In this document: positions 1 to 8,579 of the stretch, one piece after another
How positions within the stretch are numbered: position 1 is the stretch's first letter
How the letters are laid out: each line of letters starts with the position of its first letter
Assembly (NCBI GenBank): GCA_963716745.1
Contig: OY970320.1
Location: 1,792,001-1,856,000 of the forward strand
Source of the DNA: an uncultured Gemmatimonadaceae bacterium
GTDB taxonomy: Bacteria > Gemmatimonadota > Gemmatimonadetes > Gemmatimonadales > Gemmatimonadaceae
Reading direction: 5' to 3'
Length of the DNA: 64,000 nucleotides
Made by a program: the position numbers and the translations under genes
Notes under the pieces: generated by a model
Databases searched by the model: none
What the model was told of the DNA's origin: nothing
The model's input: the letters and a program-made list of their open reading frames with translations, nothing else

Positions 1-609
1 GGCCGATCCCGTAGCGAGCGCACCGATGCCCTTCGGCGCGAACGGATGCAGATTGGCCGGGTCGAAGTGGAAGAGCACGATGCCGAGCACGGTGAGCGGC
101 ACGACGCTGAAGAGCAGGATCGCGATCTGCACGCGCGCGCCCACCTTGATGCCGAGCACATTCAGGATGCAGAGCGTCCAGAGGATCCCCTCGGCGAGCA
201 GCGCCTGGTAGATCACGCTGTCGTTGAGCACGGGGAAGAGCCGCGTGAAGTACGCGATGCCGCCGGTGACGATCGCCGCGTTCCCCACCGCGGCGCTCAG
301 CCAGTACATCCACACCGTCTGGAATCCGGCGAAGTCGCCGAACGCCTCGCGGGCGAACACGTACGGCCCGCCGGTGCGCGGGTAGCGCGTGCCGAGCGAA
401 CCATAGAGGAGCGCGAGCAGGAAGAAGCCGGCAGCGGTGATGAGCCAGGAGAGGAGCCCGATCGGGCCGACCTGCTGCGCGAGCGACGCCGGGAGCGTGT
501 AGAGCGACGTGCCCAGCATGTTACCGGCGATGAGCGCGACGACGCCCACGAGCGACAGGCCGCGCACGAAGCGCGCCTTCGGAGCGCCGGACGCGCCGGC
601 GTCGCTCAC
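1..609 (-). CDS. APC-family amino acid permease, 3' end runs off the window
   Basis: Manual translation of the minus strand from GTG 609, which overlaps the lepB stop: MSDAGASGAPKARFVRGLSLVGVVALIAGNMLGTSLYTLPASLAQQVGPIGLLSWLITAAG, with an APC TM1-like motif, a GGPYVFAREAFG motif and further TM helices. Not in the supplied ORF track. Confidence 0.85.
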   Translation of the reverse strand, partial: MSDAGASGAPKARFVRGLSLVGVVALIAGNMLGTSLYTLPASLAQQVGPIGLLSWLITAAGFFLLALLYGSLGTRYPRTGGPYVFAREAFGDFAGFQTVWMYWLSAAVGNAAIVTGGIAYFTRLFPVLNDSVIYQALLAEGILWTLCILNVLGIKVGARVQIAILLFSVVPLTVLGIVLFHFDPANLHPFAPKGIGALATGSA

Positions 610-1436
610 GCGTTCCACAATCCTTTCAGCAGCCGGCTCCAGCGCAGGCGCAGGTCTTCGACGTCGAAGGAGAAATAGATGAACAGCGGCCGGCCGCGGA
701 AATTCTTTCGCGGGATGAATCCGTAGTAGCGCGCGTCGATCGAGTTGTAGCGATTGTCGCCGAGGGAGAAGTAGTGGCCGGCGGGCACGAGCAGCGGGCC
801 CCAGTCATCGTGCGTGGGCACCGCGGGGGCGGGGCCGAAGCGCGAACCCTGCACCGTGAAGTTCTTCTGCCATTCGAAGGCGACACTCGTCTCGCCGGGC
901 TGCTGCGGTCCGGGCGCGGGGACCACCGGCGGCAGGCTCTCGACGCCGTTCACATAGAGGACGCCGGCGCGCATGTAGATCGTGTCGCCCGGCGTGGCGA
1001 CGATGCGCTTCACGACCGTGAGCATCGAGTCGTTCTTGTCGAAGTACGGCGTGGCCGGCGACCAGTGCTGCGGCGGCGAATCGTAGACCGAGATCTTGTT
1101 GCGCGGCGGGTCCGAGAAGCCCGGCAGGTTCCAGTTCGTGAACGGGATGTGCGGGCCGTACGGGAGCGGCGTGACGAAGAGGAAATCGCCGGTCTGGAGC
1201 GTGGGCTCCATGCTGCCACTGGGGATGCGGTACCCCGCGAGGAAGAGCGTATGGACGACCGCCCAGATCGCGATCACCTCGAGGACGAGACGCGCGAACG
1301 AGGCCGGCGTCATTGGCGGCTCTGGCTTGGGCGGTACTTTCTTGGCGGCGGGCTTGGCGGAGTCGGCCACTACAGCTGGGGGCGGAGAGGAGCGATCGGC
1401 GCGGCGGACGGCACGCCGCACGAAGCGCGGAGACAA
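606..1436 (-). CDS. lepB: Signal peptidase I (S26)
   Basis: TM segment, then IPSGSMEPTLQTGD (catalytic Ser), VVKRIVATPGD (catalytic Lys) and GDNRYNSIDARYYG. Start codon uncertain. Confidence 0.93.
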   Translation of the reverse strand: MSPRFVRRAVRRADRSSPPPAVVADSAKPAAKKVPPKPEPPMTPASFARLVLEVIAIWAVVHTLFLAGYRIPSGSMEPTLQTGDFLFVTPLPYGPHIPFTNWNLPGFSDPPRNKISVYDSPPQHWSPATPYFDKNDSMLTVVKRIVATPGDTIYMRAGVLYVNGVESLPPVVPAPGPQQPGETSVAFEWQKNFTVQGSRFGPAPAVPTHDDWGPLLVPAGHYFSLGDNRYNSIDARYYGFIPRKNFRGRPLFIYFSFDVEDLRLRWSRLLKGLWNA

Positions 1437-1490
1437 CGAAGGCGGCCCGCGAGCGAGCCGCCCCGTCGAGCACGCGACAATCGTCGCGAA

Positions 1491-1784
1491 CTATTTCATG
1501 TGCTTGCTGGCAAGCTTGGTCATCTCGAACATTGAGACCTGCTTCTTGCCGTTGAACACCATCTTCATCTTGTCGTCGGCGTTGATCATGCGACGATTCT
1601 TCTTGTCCTGCAGTTTGTGCTTCTTGATGTACTGCCAGAGCTTCTTGGTGATCTCGGTGCGGGGCATTGGCTTCATGCCGACCACTCCGCCGAGTGCATC
1701 ATCCGGCTTCATCGGCTTCATGAACGCCGCATTCGGCTTCCGCTTCTTGCCGGTCTTCTTTTTCGCCTTCTTCTTGGTGGCCAT
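1491..1784 (-). CDS. Stand-alone SWIB/MDM2-domain protein with Lys-rich N-terminus
   Basis: MATKKKAKKK...NAAFMKPMKPDDALGGVVGMKPMPRTEITKKLWQYIKKHKLQD...NRRMINADDK...VSMFEMTK. GGAGAGG RBS precedes ATG 1784. Confidence 0.9.
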   Translation of the reverse strand: MATKKKAKKKTGKKRKPNAAFMKPMKPDDALGGVVGMKPMPRTEITKKLWQYIKKHKLQDKKNRRMINADDKMKMVFNGKKQVSMFEMTKLASKHMK

Positions 1785-2023
1785 CGATGCCCTCTCCGAG
1801 TGGTAAGTGATCCGCCGTCGGGGGAAGGAACGCCGGTCCGACGCGACAAATACTACGCCGCTCGCCCGACAATGCAATAGGGAGGTTGCCGTTTTCTCAT
1901 AGGGAGAGGCGCCCTCCCCAGAGGGGAATCGGCCCCCGCGGGTCGTTCCGGGGCCGGTTTCTCATAGGGGAAACGGCGTTTCCCCGCTCTGGCGGCGGCG
2001 CGATCCGGGCCTACATTGCCGCC

Positions 2024-2260
2024 ATGACGCCCATTTCCCCCTCGGAGCGCGCAGGGCCGCCGCCGCTCTCCCGCGTGCGCATTCTCGCGGCGGCCGCGCT
2101 CATGGCGGTCACGGCGGCGGTCGCCGCCTACGCCATAGGCGAGCATCAGCGGGCCGAGCGACTGGCGGCGGAGGTCGCGCGGCTCCACGAGGTGGAGCGC
2201 ACGCTCGCGGATTCCCTTGGTACGCAGCGCGCGCGCGGCGCTACTGTACCGCCTCGATGA
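2024..2260 (+). CDS. Small hypothetical protein with one TM helix and a coiled-coil-like tail
   Basis: Hydrophobic ILAAAALMAVTAAVAAYAIG followed by AERLAAEVARLHEVERTLADSL. Confidence 0.55.
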   Translation: MTPISPSERAGPPPLSRVRILAAAALMAVTAAVAAYAIGEHQRAERLAAEVARLHEVERTLADSLGTQRARGATVPPR

Positions 2261-2339
2261 CGCCGATCATGAGTTTGAGCCCGAACCCGATGTTCTTCAC
2301 CGAGAGGCGCTCGTTGACTTCGGGAGAGGGAGCGGTCAT
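2241..2339 (-). pseudogene. 32-aa ORF resembling the extreme C-terminus of an M20 peptidase; probable gene remnant
   Basis: MTAPSPEVNERLSVKNIGFGLKLMIGVIEAVQ* aligns without gaps to NDERLSVANVGFGVKFLYDIILYTQ* of the 11167-12576 product (12/25 identical, stops coincide). ATG overlaps the nfo stop (ATGA). Confidence 0.6.
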
Positions 2340-3226
2340 TGCTCGAGCGCGCGGAGCAATTTCATCATGCGCACGTCGTACGGGTCGGGCGAGACATCGT
2401 CGTCGGCGATATCGGCGTGCTCCTGCGGCGTCTCGAGGATCATCGGCACGTGATGCGAGCGCTCGTCCTCGAGCAGCCAGCCGAACGGGTCCGCGCCGAT
2501 CTTCCCTTCCCCAATGAGCGCGTGACGGTCGAGGTTGGAGCCGAGCGCACCGGTGCTGTCGTTCAGGTGGAAGAAGCTCGGCGATTCTCCAGTGGCCTCC
2601 TGAAACGCGTCGAGCACTTCCGTAAGCGAGAACCGCGAGGATGCGATGTCGTGCCCCGCAGCGAAGAGATGACAGGTATCGAGTCCGTAGCCGGTGCGCG
2701 CGCGCAGCTTCTTGGGCACGGCGCCCAGGATGCCGCTCACTTCGTCGGGCGTCTTGCCGATCGTCGCGCCGGCGCCGGCGGTGTTCTCCACGAGGAGGCG
2801 CGTGTCGCCCGGCACCGTCTCGAGCGCCGCGGTGATCGCGCGGGCGACGCGCTCCACGGCCGCGCCGCGGTCGCCGTCCTTCGCCGCGCCGGGGTGGAAG
2901 CAGACCGCGCCGATCCCGAGCGCGGTGGAGCGCTCGAGCTCCTTCGTGAGGCCGGCGCTCGCGCGGATCCACTTGTCGTCCTCGTGCGTCGCGGTGTTGA
3001 GCACGTACGCGGCGTGCGCCACCACGTGCGCCGGCGCGATGCCCGCTTCTTTCAGGGCGGCGCGGAATTTCGTGACGCGCTCCGGTTTGATGGACGACTT
3101 GTCGCCGTAGAATTTCGGGATCGCCGTGAAGAGCTGCATGGCGGTCATGCCCGCTCCGCCGGCGCGCCGCGCGGCCTGGTCGATCCCGCCGTTGTCGATC
3201 GTGTGCGCGCCCAGGAAATGTTTCAT
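2336..3226 (-). CDS. nfo: Deoxyribonuclease IV (AP endonuclease family 2)
   Basis: Metal-ligand motifs LGAH, VAHAAYVLN, FHPG, LVENTAG, LDTCH, HLNDS, DRHALIGEG, ILETP. Confidence 0.92.
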   Translation of the reverse strand: MKHFLGAHTIDNGGIDQAARRAGGAGMTAMQLFTAIPKFYGDKSSIKPERVTKFRAALKEAGIAPAHVVAHAAYVLNTATHEDDKWIRASAGLTKELERSTALGIGAVCFHPGAAKDGDRGAAVERVARAITAALETVPGDTRLLVENTAGAGATIGKTPDEVSGILGAVPKKLRARTGYGLDTCHLFAAGHDIASSRFSLTEVLDAFQEATGESPSFFHLNDSTGALGSNLDRHALIGEGKIGADPFGWLLEDERSHHVPMILETPQEHADIADDDVSPDPYDVRMMKLLRALEQ

Positions 3227-4024
3227 GGTGCACTCCGCGTTCCGGTCCGGACCATCGGGAGCGCGCCGCGCGCGGTGATCCACGCGACGGCGATCCGTTC
3301 GCCGCGCAACGCGACGCGCGGCGCCCCCGCCGGCACGGATCTCCCCGAGATGGCGGGTAAGATGTGGTCAATGATATGGCCGTCGGTCGTCGAGAGTGCG
3401 AGACCGATCCAGCCGTCGCCATCGTTGGGCGCCTGGTACGCGACCGCCACCGTGTCGCCGAGCGATGCGACGCTCGCCATGGCGGGATCGGCGCCGAAGG
3501 CGATCGGCACCGGCGGGTGCCAGACCGCGCCGTGTTCCATCGAGTGCACGAACCAGACTCCCGCGCCATCCAGCGGCTCCAGGAAGTAGGCGAGGTGCAC
3601 GAACCCGGTGGCGGAATCCGCCGCGATCGCCGGCGCCGGGCGCGCACAGCCCCGGCGGCCGGCATCGCGCGCGTCGGCGGCGGTCCCCTTCGTCCATGCC
3701 GCGCCGCCATCGGTCGTACGCGCCACCATGAGCACCACGCTGCTGTCCGCGCGCGCCGCGAACCACGCGGCGAACCACTCACCGCCCTGCGTGCGAGCCG
3801 CGACCAAGGATCCCGGGCACGCGCCCGCGATGCTCGGCATCACGGGCGCCGCCGGTCGCACGGCGCGCGCACTCCCCCGCGCGTCGAGCGCGAGGACCCA
3901 CGCGGGCCCCGCCGCAGGCGACCGAGGCCGAATCGAGACGGGATGCCTCCAGCCAGTCCACCGGCGCGCGCTCGCACGACAGGAGAGCGATCGTCGCGAT
4001 CAAGATGAGACAGGATTTCCTCAC
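3223..4024 (-). CDS. Hypothetical lipoprotein with BNR/Asp-box (sialidase-like) repeats, frameshifted near 3920
   Basis: GTG 4024 gives a lipoprotein signal (MRKSCLILIATIALLSC). The second frame carries ARTTDGGAAW, HSMEHGAVW and LSTTDGHII Asp-box-like units. Removing one base joins the two frames. Confidence 0.65.
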
Positions 4025-4078
4025 GGCCCAAGTTATTACTCGGGAAGGAGAATTCGCGATGCTGTACCGCCGTTCCGT

Positions 4079-4197
4079 CAAATCATGTCAATCATGTTAA
4101 TCCTGTCCAAGCAGTTTGTTGGGGCCCGGCAACCGCTTTGACATGATTAACAAGATTGACAGGATTTGTATCTTCATCCTGTATATCTTTCCTGTCC
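4079..4197. repeat. AT-rich intergenic palindrome built of 9-nt units
   Basis: Arm 4079-4109 (CAAATCATGTCAATCATGTTAATCCTGTCCA) pairs with 4138-4168 at 27/31 positions. More ATCCTGT-like units follow to 4197. Confidence 0.8.
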
Positions 4198-4220
4198 GCT
4201 CTCCACGAAAAGGAACGCCA

Positions 4221-5885
4221 ATGCCCGCACACCCCACGCCTCCCGCGGCGCCGCACGGCGCTCTCGCCGGCGTCCGCCATGTACCCGCCCCCGTGAACGA
4301 GCCGGTGAAGCACTACGCTTCCGGCTCGCCCGAGAAGGCCGAACTCAAGTCGCGTCTCGCGACGATGGCGGGCGAGAAGATCGAGATCCCCCTGGTCATT
4401 GGCGGCAAGGCGGTGCGCACCGGCACGACCGCGAAGGCCGTGATGCCGCACGATCACAAGCACGTGCTCGCCGAGTACCACATGGCGGGCCCGAAGCAGG
4501 TCGCGCAGGCCATCGCGGCATCGCGCGCCGCGTGGCACGACTGGTCCACCTGGACGTGGGAGGATCGCGCCGCGGTGTTCCTCAAGGCGGCGGAGCTGCT
4601 CACCACCACGTGGCGCTCCACCGTGAACGCCGCGACGATGCTCAATCAGTCGAAGACGGTGCATCAGGCGGAGATCGATTCCGCGTGCGAGCTCATCGAC
4701 TTCTGGCGATTCAATCCGCATTTCGCGCAGTCGCTGCTCGCCGAGCAGCCCATCAGTTCGCCGGGCGTCTGGAACCAGATGGAATACCGCCCGCTGGACG
4801 GATTCGTGTACGCCGTGACGCCGTTCAACTTCACGTCGATCGCGGGCAACCTGCCCACCGCGCCCGCGCTCATGGGCAACGTGGTGCTCTGGAAGCCGGC
4901 GTCGAGCGCGATGCTGAACGCGCACTACATCCTCAAGCTGCTCGAGGAGGCCGGCCTGCCGCCGGGCGTCATCAATCTGCTCCCGGGCAACGCCGCGCAG
5001 ATCTCCGACGCGGTGCTCGCGCACCCCGAGTTCGCCGGCGTGCATTTCACCGGCAGCACCGGCGTGTTCAACAGCATGTGGCAGAAGATGGGCGCGAACG
5101 TCTCGAGCTATCGCGGCTATCCGCGTATCGTGGGCGAAACAGGCGGCAAGGACTTCATCGTCGCGCATGCCAGCGCCGATCCCGAGGCGCTCGCGGTGGC
5201 GATCGTGCGCGGCGGCTTCGAGTATCAGGGACAGAAGTGCTCCGCCGCCAGCCGCGTGTACGTGCCGAATTCCCTCTGGGCCGACGTGCGCGACCGCGTC
5301 GTCGCGATGATCGAGAGCATCAAGATGGGCGACATCGCCGATTTCCGGAATTTCATGGGCGCCGTGATCGACGAGAAGGCGTTCACGAAGATCTCCGAGT
5401 ACATCGCCGACGCGAAGAAGAACGCGAAAGTGCTCGCCGGCGGCGGCGCGAAGGGGAACACCGGCTGGTTCATCGAACCCACGTTCGTCCAGACGAAGAA
5501 CCCCGGCTACCGCCTGCTGTGCGAGGAGATCTTCGGCCCCGTCGTCACGGCGTACGCCTATCCCGATGCGAAGTACGCGGAGACGCTCGAGATCATCGAT
5601 CGCACGTCGCCCTACGCGCTCACCGGCGCCGTGTTCGCGCAGGAGCGCGATGCCGCGCTCCAGGCGCAGACGGCGCTCCGCCACGCCGCGGGGAATTTCT
5701 ACATCAACGACAAGCCCACCGGCGCGGTAGTGGGCCAGCAGCCGTTCGGCGGCGCGCGCGCCTCGGGCACGAACGACAAGGCGGGCTCCAAGCTGAACCT
5801 CGTTCGCTGGGTGAGCGCCCGCACGATCAAGGAGACGTTCAGCCCGCCGCGCGATCATCGCTATCCATTCATGGACGAGAGATGA
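4221..5885 (+). CDS. pruA: L-glutamate gamma-semialdehyde (P5C) dehydrogenase
   Basis: ALDH motifs TPFNFTSIAGNLPTAPALMGN, FTGST, GETGGKDF, FEYQGQKCSA (catalytic Cys), EEIFGPV and NDKPTGAVVGQQPFGGARASGTNDKAG. Confidence 0.95.
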   Translation: MPAHPTPPAAPHGALAGVRHVPAPVNEPVKHYASGSPEKAELKSRLATMAGEKIEIPLVIGGKAVRTGTTAKAVMPHDHKHVLAEYHMAGPKQVAQAIAASRAAWHDWSTWTWEDRAAVFLKAAELLTTTWRSTVNAATMLNQSKTVHQAEIDSACELIDFWRFNPHFAQSLLAEQPISSPGVWNQMEYRPLDGFVYAVTPFNFTSIAGNLPTAPALMGNVVLWKPASSAMLNAHYILKLLEEAGLPPGVINLLPGNAAQISDAVLAHPEFAGVHFTGSTGVFNSMWQKMGANVSSYRGYPRIVGETGGKDFIVAHASADPEALAVAIVRGGFEYQGQKCSAASRVYVPNSLWADVRDRVVAMIESIKMGDIADFRNFMGAVIDEKAFTKISEYIADAKKNAKVLAGGGAKGNTGWFIEPTFVQTKNPGYRLLCEEIFGPVVTAYAYPDAKYAETLEIIDRTSPYALTGAVFAQERDAALQAQTALRHAAGNFYINDKPTGAVVGQQPFGGARASGTNDKAGSKLNLVRWVSARTIKETFSPPRDHRYPFMDER

Positions 5886-6799
5886 ACGGCACACGGCATC
5901 GGTACCTCACGCTCGACGTCTTCACGAACCGGCCGTTCTCGGGGAACCAGCTCGCGGTCTTCCCCGACGCGCGCGCCATCCCCGACGACCGGCTCGCCGA
6001 CATCGCGCGCGAGTTCAATCTCTCGGAGACGGTGTTCGTCTATCCGCCAACGGACCCCAAGCACACGCGGCGCCTGCGCATCTTCACGCCCGCCGAGGAG
6101 CTGCCGTTCGCGGGACACCCGACGGTCGGCACGGCGTACGCGCTCGCGGCCATCGGCGAGGTCAAGCTCACCGGCCGCGAGACGCGCATCATCTTCGAAG
6201 AGGGCGTTGGCCCCGTGCCGGTGATGATCCGCGGCGAAGGGAACGAACCCACCTTCGCGCAGCTCACGGCGGCCAAGCTCCCTGAGATCGGACCGCCCGC
6301 GCCCGGCCGCACGCATCTCGCCGAGATGCTCGCGCTCGACGCCGCGGACATCCTCGGCGGCATGTCGTCGCCACAGGCGGTGAGCTGCGGACTCCCATTC
6401 CTCTTCGTGCCGGTGCGGGATCGCGACGCGGTGCGCCGCGCGCGCGTGCGCATGGAGCACTGGGAAGCGACTCTGAAATCGTACTTCGCTCCGCAGCTGA
6501 TGGTCTTCTCGCGCGACGCCGAGCAGCCGGGCGTGGACATCCATGCGCGCGTCTTCGTGCCCGGCCTCGCGGTTCCCGAGGACCCCGCCACCGGTAGCGC
6601 GGCGGCGGCGTTGGGCGGTTATCTCGCGGCGCGTGAGACCGCGACCGACGCGACGCTCAAGTGGGTTGTTGAGCAAGGCATGGAGATGGGGCGGCCGAGC
6701 ATGCTGCACATCGAGGTGGACAAGACGGGCGGCGAGATCTCCGCCGTGCGCGTGGGCGGCGAGTGCGTGATCATGTCCGAGGGCGCGATCTCGGCGTAG
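5882..6799 (+). CDS. PhzF-family isomerase/epimerase
   Basis: DVFTNRPFSGNQLAV, EFNLSETVF, RIFTPAEELPFAGHPTVG, EDPATGSA, EQGMEMGRPS. ATGA overlap with pruA. Confidence 0.92.
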   Translation: MNGTRHRYLTLDVFTNRPFSGNQLAVFPDARAIPDDRLADIAREFNLSETVFVYPPTDPKHTRRLRIFTPAEELPFAGHPTVGTAYALAAIGEVKLTGRETRIIFEEGVGPVPVMIRGEGNEPTFAQLTAAKLPEIGPPAPGRTHLAEMLALDAADILGGMSSPQAVSCGLPFLFVPVRDRDAVRRARVRMEHWEATLKSYFAPQLMVFSRDAEQPGVDIHARVFVPGLAVPEDPATGSAAAALGGYLAARETATDATLKWVVEQGMEMGRPSMLHIEVDKTGGEISAVRVGGECVIMSEGAISA

Positions 6800-6813
6800 C
6801 GCGCCGGCAGGCG

Positions 6814-8097
6814 CTACGGCTTGGCCAGTTCGCCCGTGCGCGTAAGCACGAACGCGCGCATGTTCGCGTTCCAGATCGTCACGCGATCGCGTCCGCTCTC
6901 CTTTGCGGCGTAGAGCGCTTCGTCGGCGCGCGAATGCAGATCGTGCGCGACATCCTCATCCATAACGCGGTCGGCGACGAGCCCGATGCTCACCGTGACC
7001 GGCACGCGCCCGCGCACCGTGGGGAACTCGTGTGCGCGCACCATCTCGCGGATGCGCGAAGCGAGGCGGAACGCGCCCGCCGCGCCCGTCTCGGGCAGGA
7101 GCAGCGTGAACTCATCACCGCCGGTGCGCGCCACGACGTCGCCGCCGCGTTTGAGCTGGCGGAGGAGTTCGCCGATCTCCTTGATCACGCCGTCGCCCGC
7201 GAGATGGCCCAGCGTATCGTTGATCGTCTTGAAGTGGTCCACGTCCATGGCGACGAGCGCGAGCTCCTTGCCGCTGCGCACGCCACGCGCGATCTCGCGC
7301 GCGAGGTCGCGCTCGAGGCCGCGCCGGTTGAGCAGTCCGCTCAACGGATCCGTGAGCACGAGATTGCCGAGCTGCGCGCGCACGCGATTGTACGCGCTGC
7401 CCACCATCGTCACGCTGTCGGGCGGTTGGTCGAGCCGCACCGGGAATTCCGCGGTGAAATCGCCCTGCTCCGTGCGCGTGAACAGCTCTACGATCTCGGC
7501 GAGCCGCTCCTTGTAGCTCCCGTACAACACCACGAACACCGCGCCGGCGAAGGCGAACACCGCGAGCGACATCAGCTCGCCCGACCACTCGAGCGTGCGG
7601 CCAATGCCGGTCACGGGCGCAATGAGGATCAGGTACGAGACGATGATCGCCGCGAGCGCGCCCTGAGCATAGCGGCGGCCGAAGTAGAATTCCGTGAAGT
7701 GCAGCACGACGAACCCAAGGATGAGCGCCTGTGCATAGTCGCCGGGCGGCGTGCTCACATACGTCACCTCGAAGATCGCGAACAGGTCCGTGCCGATCGC
7801 GAGCCACACCCAGAGCGGGCCGGCGCGCCGCGAGCGATTGATGAGGTACGCGATGAGCAGCGTGGCGACGAAGTACACGAGAAGAACGCCGAGGCCGCGC
7901 TTCGCGGCCTCGGTCGCATGGTCGCCGACCATACGGCCGAGGATGAGGAGCGCGCCAATGAGTGCGGCGCTGAGGCGCGCACGCATCTGCCAGAGCAGCA
8001 CCTCCGCGGTGGCCTGCTCTGTGGATGAATTGCGCGGCGCGCGCGCCGGTTTAATGGGCCCAGTCATACGGATGTCAGACGACCGGCGGTAGCCCAC
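6814..8097 (-). CDS. Membrane-bound diguanylate cyclase (GGDEF)
   Basis: Several TM helices, TDPLSGLLNRR, DVDHFKTINDTLGHLAGD, an RGGD I-site and intact RTGGDEF, ADEALYAAKESGRD. Alternative start ATG 8067. Confidence 0.92.
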   Translation of the reverse strand: MGYRRSSDIRMTGPIKPARAPRNSSTEQATAEVLLWQMRARLSAALIGALLILGRMVGDHATEAAKRGLGVLLVYFVATLLIAYLINRSRRAGPLWVWLAIGTDLFAIFEVTYVSTPPGDYAQALILGFVVLHFTEFYFGRRYAQGALAAIIVSYLILIAPVTGIGRTLEWSGELMSLAVFAFAGAVFVVLYGSYKERLAEIVELFTRTEQGDFTAEFPVRLDQPPDSVTMVGSAYNRVRAQLGNLVLTDPLSGLLNRRGLERDLAREIARGVRSGKELALVAMDVDHFKTINDTLGHLAGDGVIKEIGELLRQLKRGGDVVARTGGDEFTLLLPETGAAGAFRLASRIREMVRAHEFPTVRGRVPVTVSIGLVADRVMDEDVAHDLHSRADEALYAAKESGRDRVTIWNANMRAFVLTRTGELAKP

Positions 8098-8151
8098 GCC
8101 ACGAAGCAGCAGCCTGCGACCGCCGACAGCCGAAAGTCCGTCGTTAGGTCG

Positions 8152-8526
8152 CTACGCCAGTTGGCTTGTGCAGTGCGAGCAGCGCGTGGCCGCGAGGTCG
8201 ATCTCCTTCTTGCAATACGGGCAGACCTTGGTGGCCGCGGCGGGCGCCGGCATGACGATCTTGCTGATGCGCCAGACGACGAAGGCGATGATCACGAAGT
8301 TGAGCAGCGAGCTCAACAGGTCGCCGAGGAGGAAATTCACCGGCCCGATGGGCAGCTTCATCGTCTCCCACGACTCCTTCGAAGGCGTGATCTGCGAGAC
8401 GACGGGCATGATGATGTCGTTCACCAATGCCTGCACCACTTTGTTCAGTGCGGCGCCGATGACCACGGCCAACGCCAGCCCGATGGCGTTCTGCTTGATC
8501 AGGTACTCCCTGAAATCTTTCAACAT
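8152..8526 (-). CDS. mscL: MscL-family mechanosensitive channel with C-terminal CxxC...CxxC
   Basis: MLKDFREYLIKQNAIGLALAVVIGAALNKVVQALVNDIIMP, GDLLSSLLNFVIIAFVV, then CPYC...CSHC. Confidence 0.9.
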   Translation of the reverse strand: MLKDFREYLIKQNAIGLALAVVIGAALNKVVQALVNDIIMPVVSQITPSKESWETMKLPIGPVNFLLGDLLSSLLNFVIIAFVVWRISKIVMPAPAAATKVCPYCKKEIDLAATRCSHCTSQLA

Positions 8527-8579
8527 GGCGGCGTTCTCCGTTCCAATGGGTTCGCGCTTCCCGTGCGCGCCCAAACTTA

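Noticed and set aside
1888..1985. Possible mini-CRISPR (about 33-nt repeat, spacer, repeat)
   Set aside because: Only two units, divergent 3' halves and no cas genes; kept only as a regulatory candidate.
4166..5881. 877-aa ORF appearing to fuse a long N-terminus to PhzF
   Set aside because: Arg-rich alternative frame of pruA; the real start is ATG 5882 overlapping the pruA stop.
5882..6799. Phenazine biosynthesis
   Set aside because: Lone PhzF-family gene with no other phz genes.
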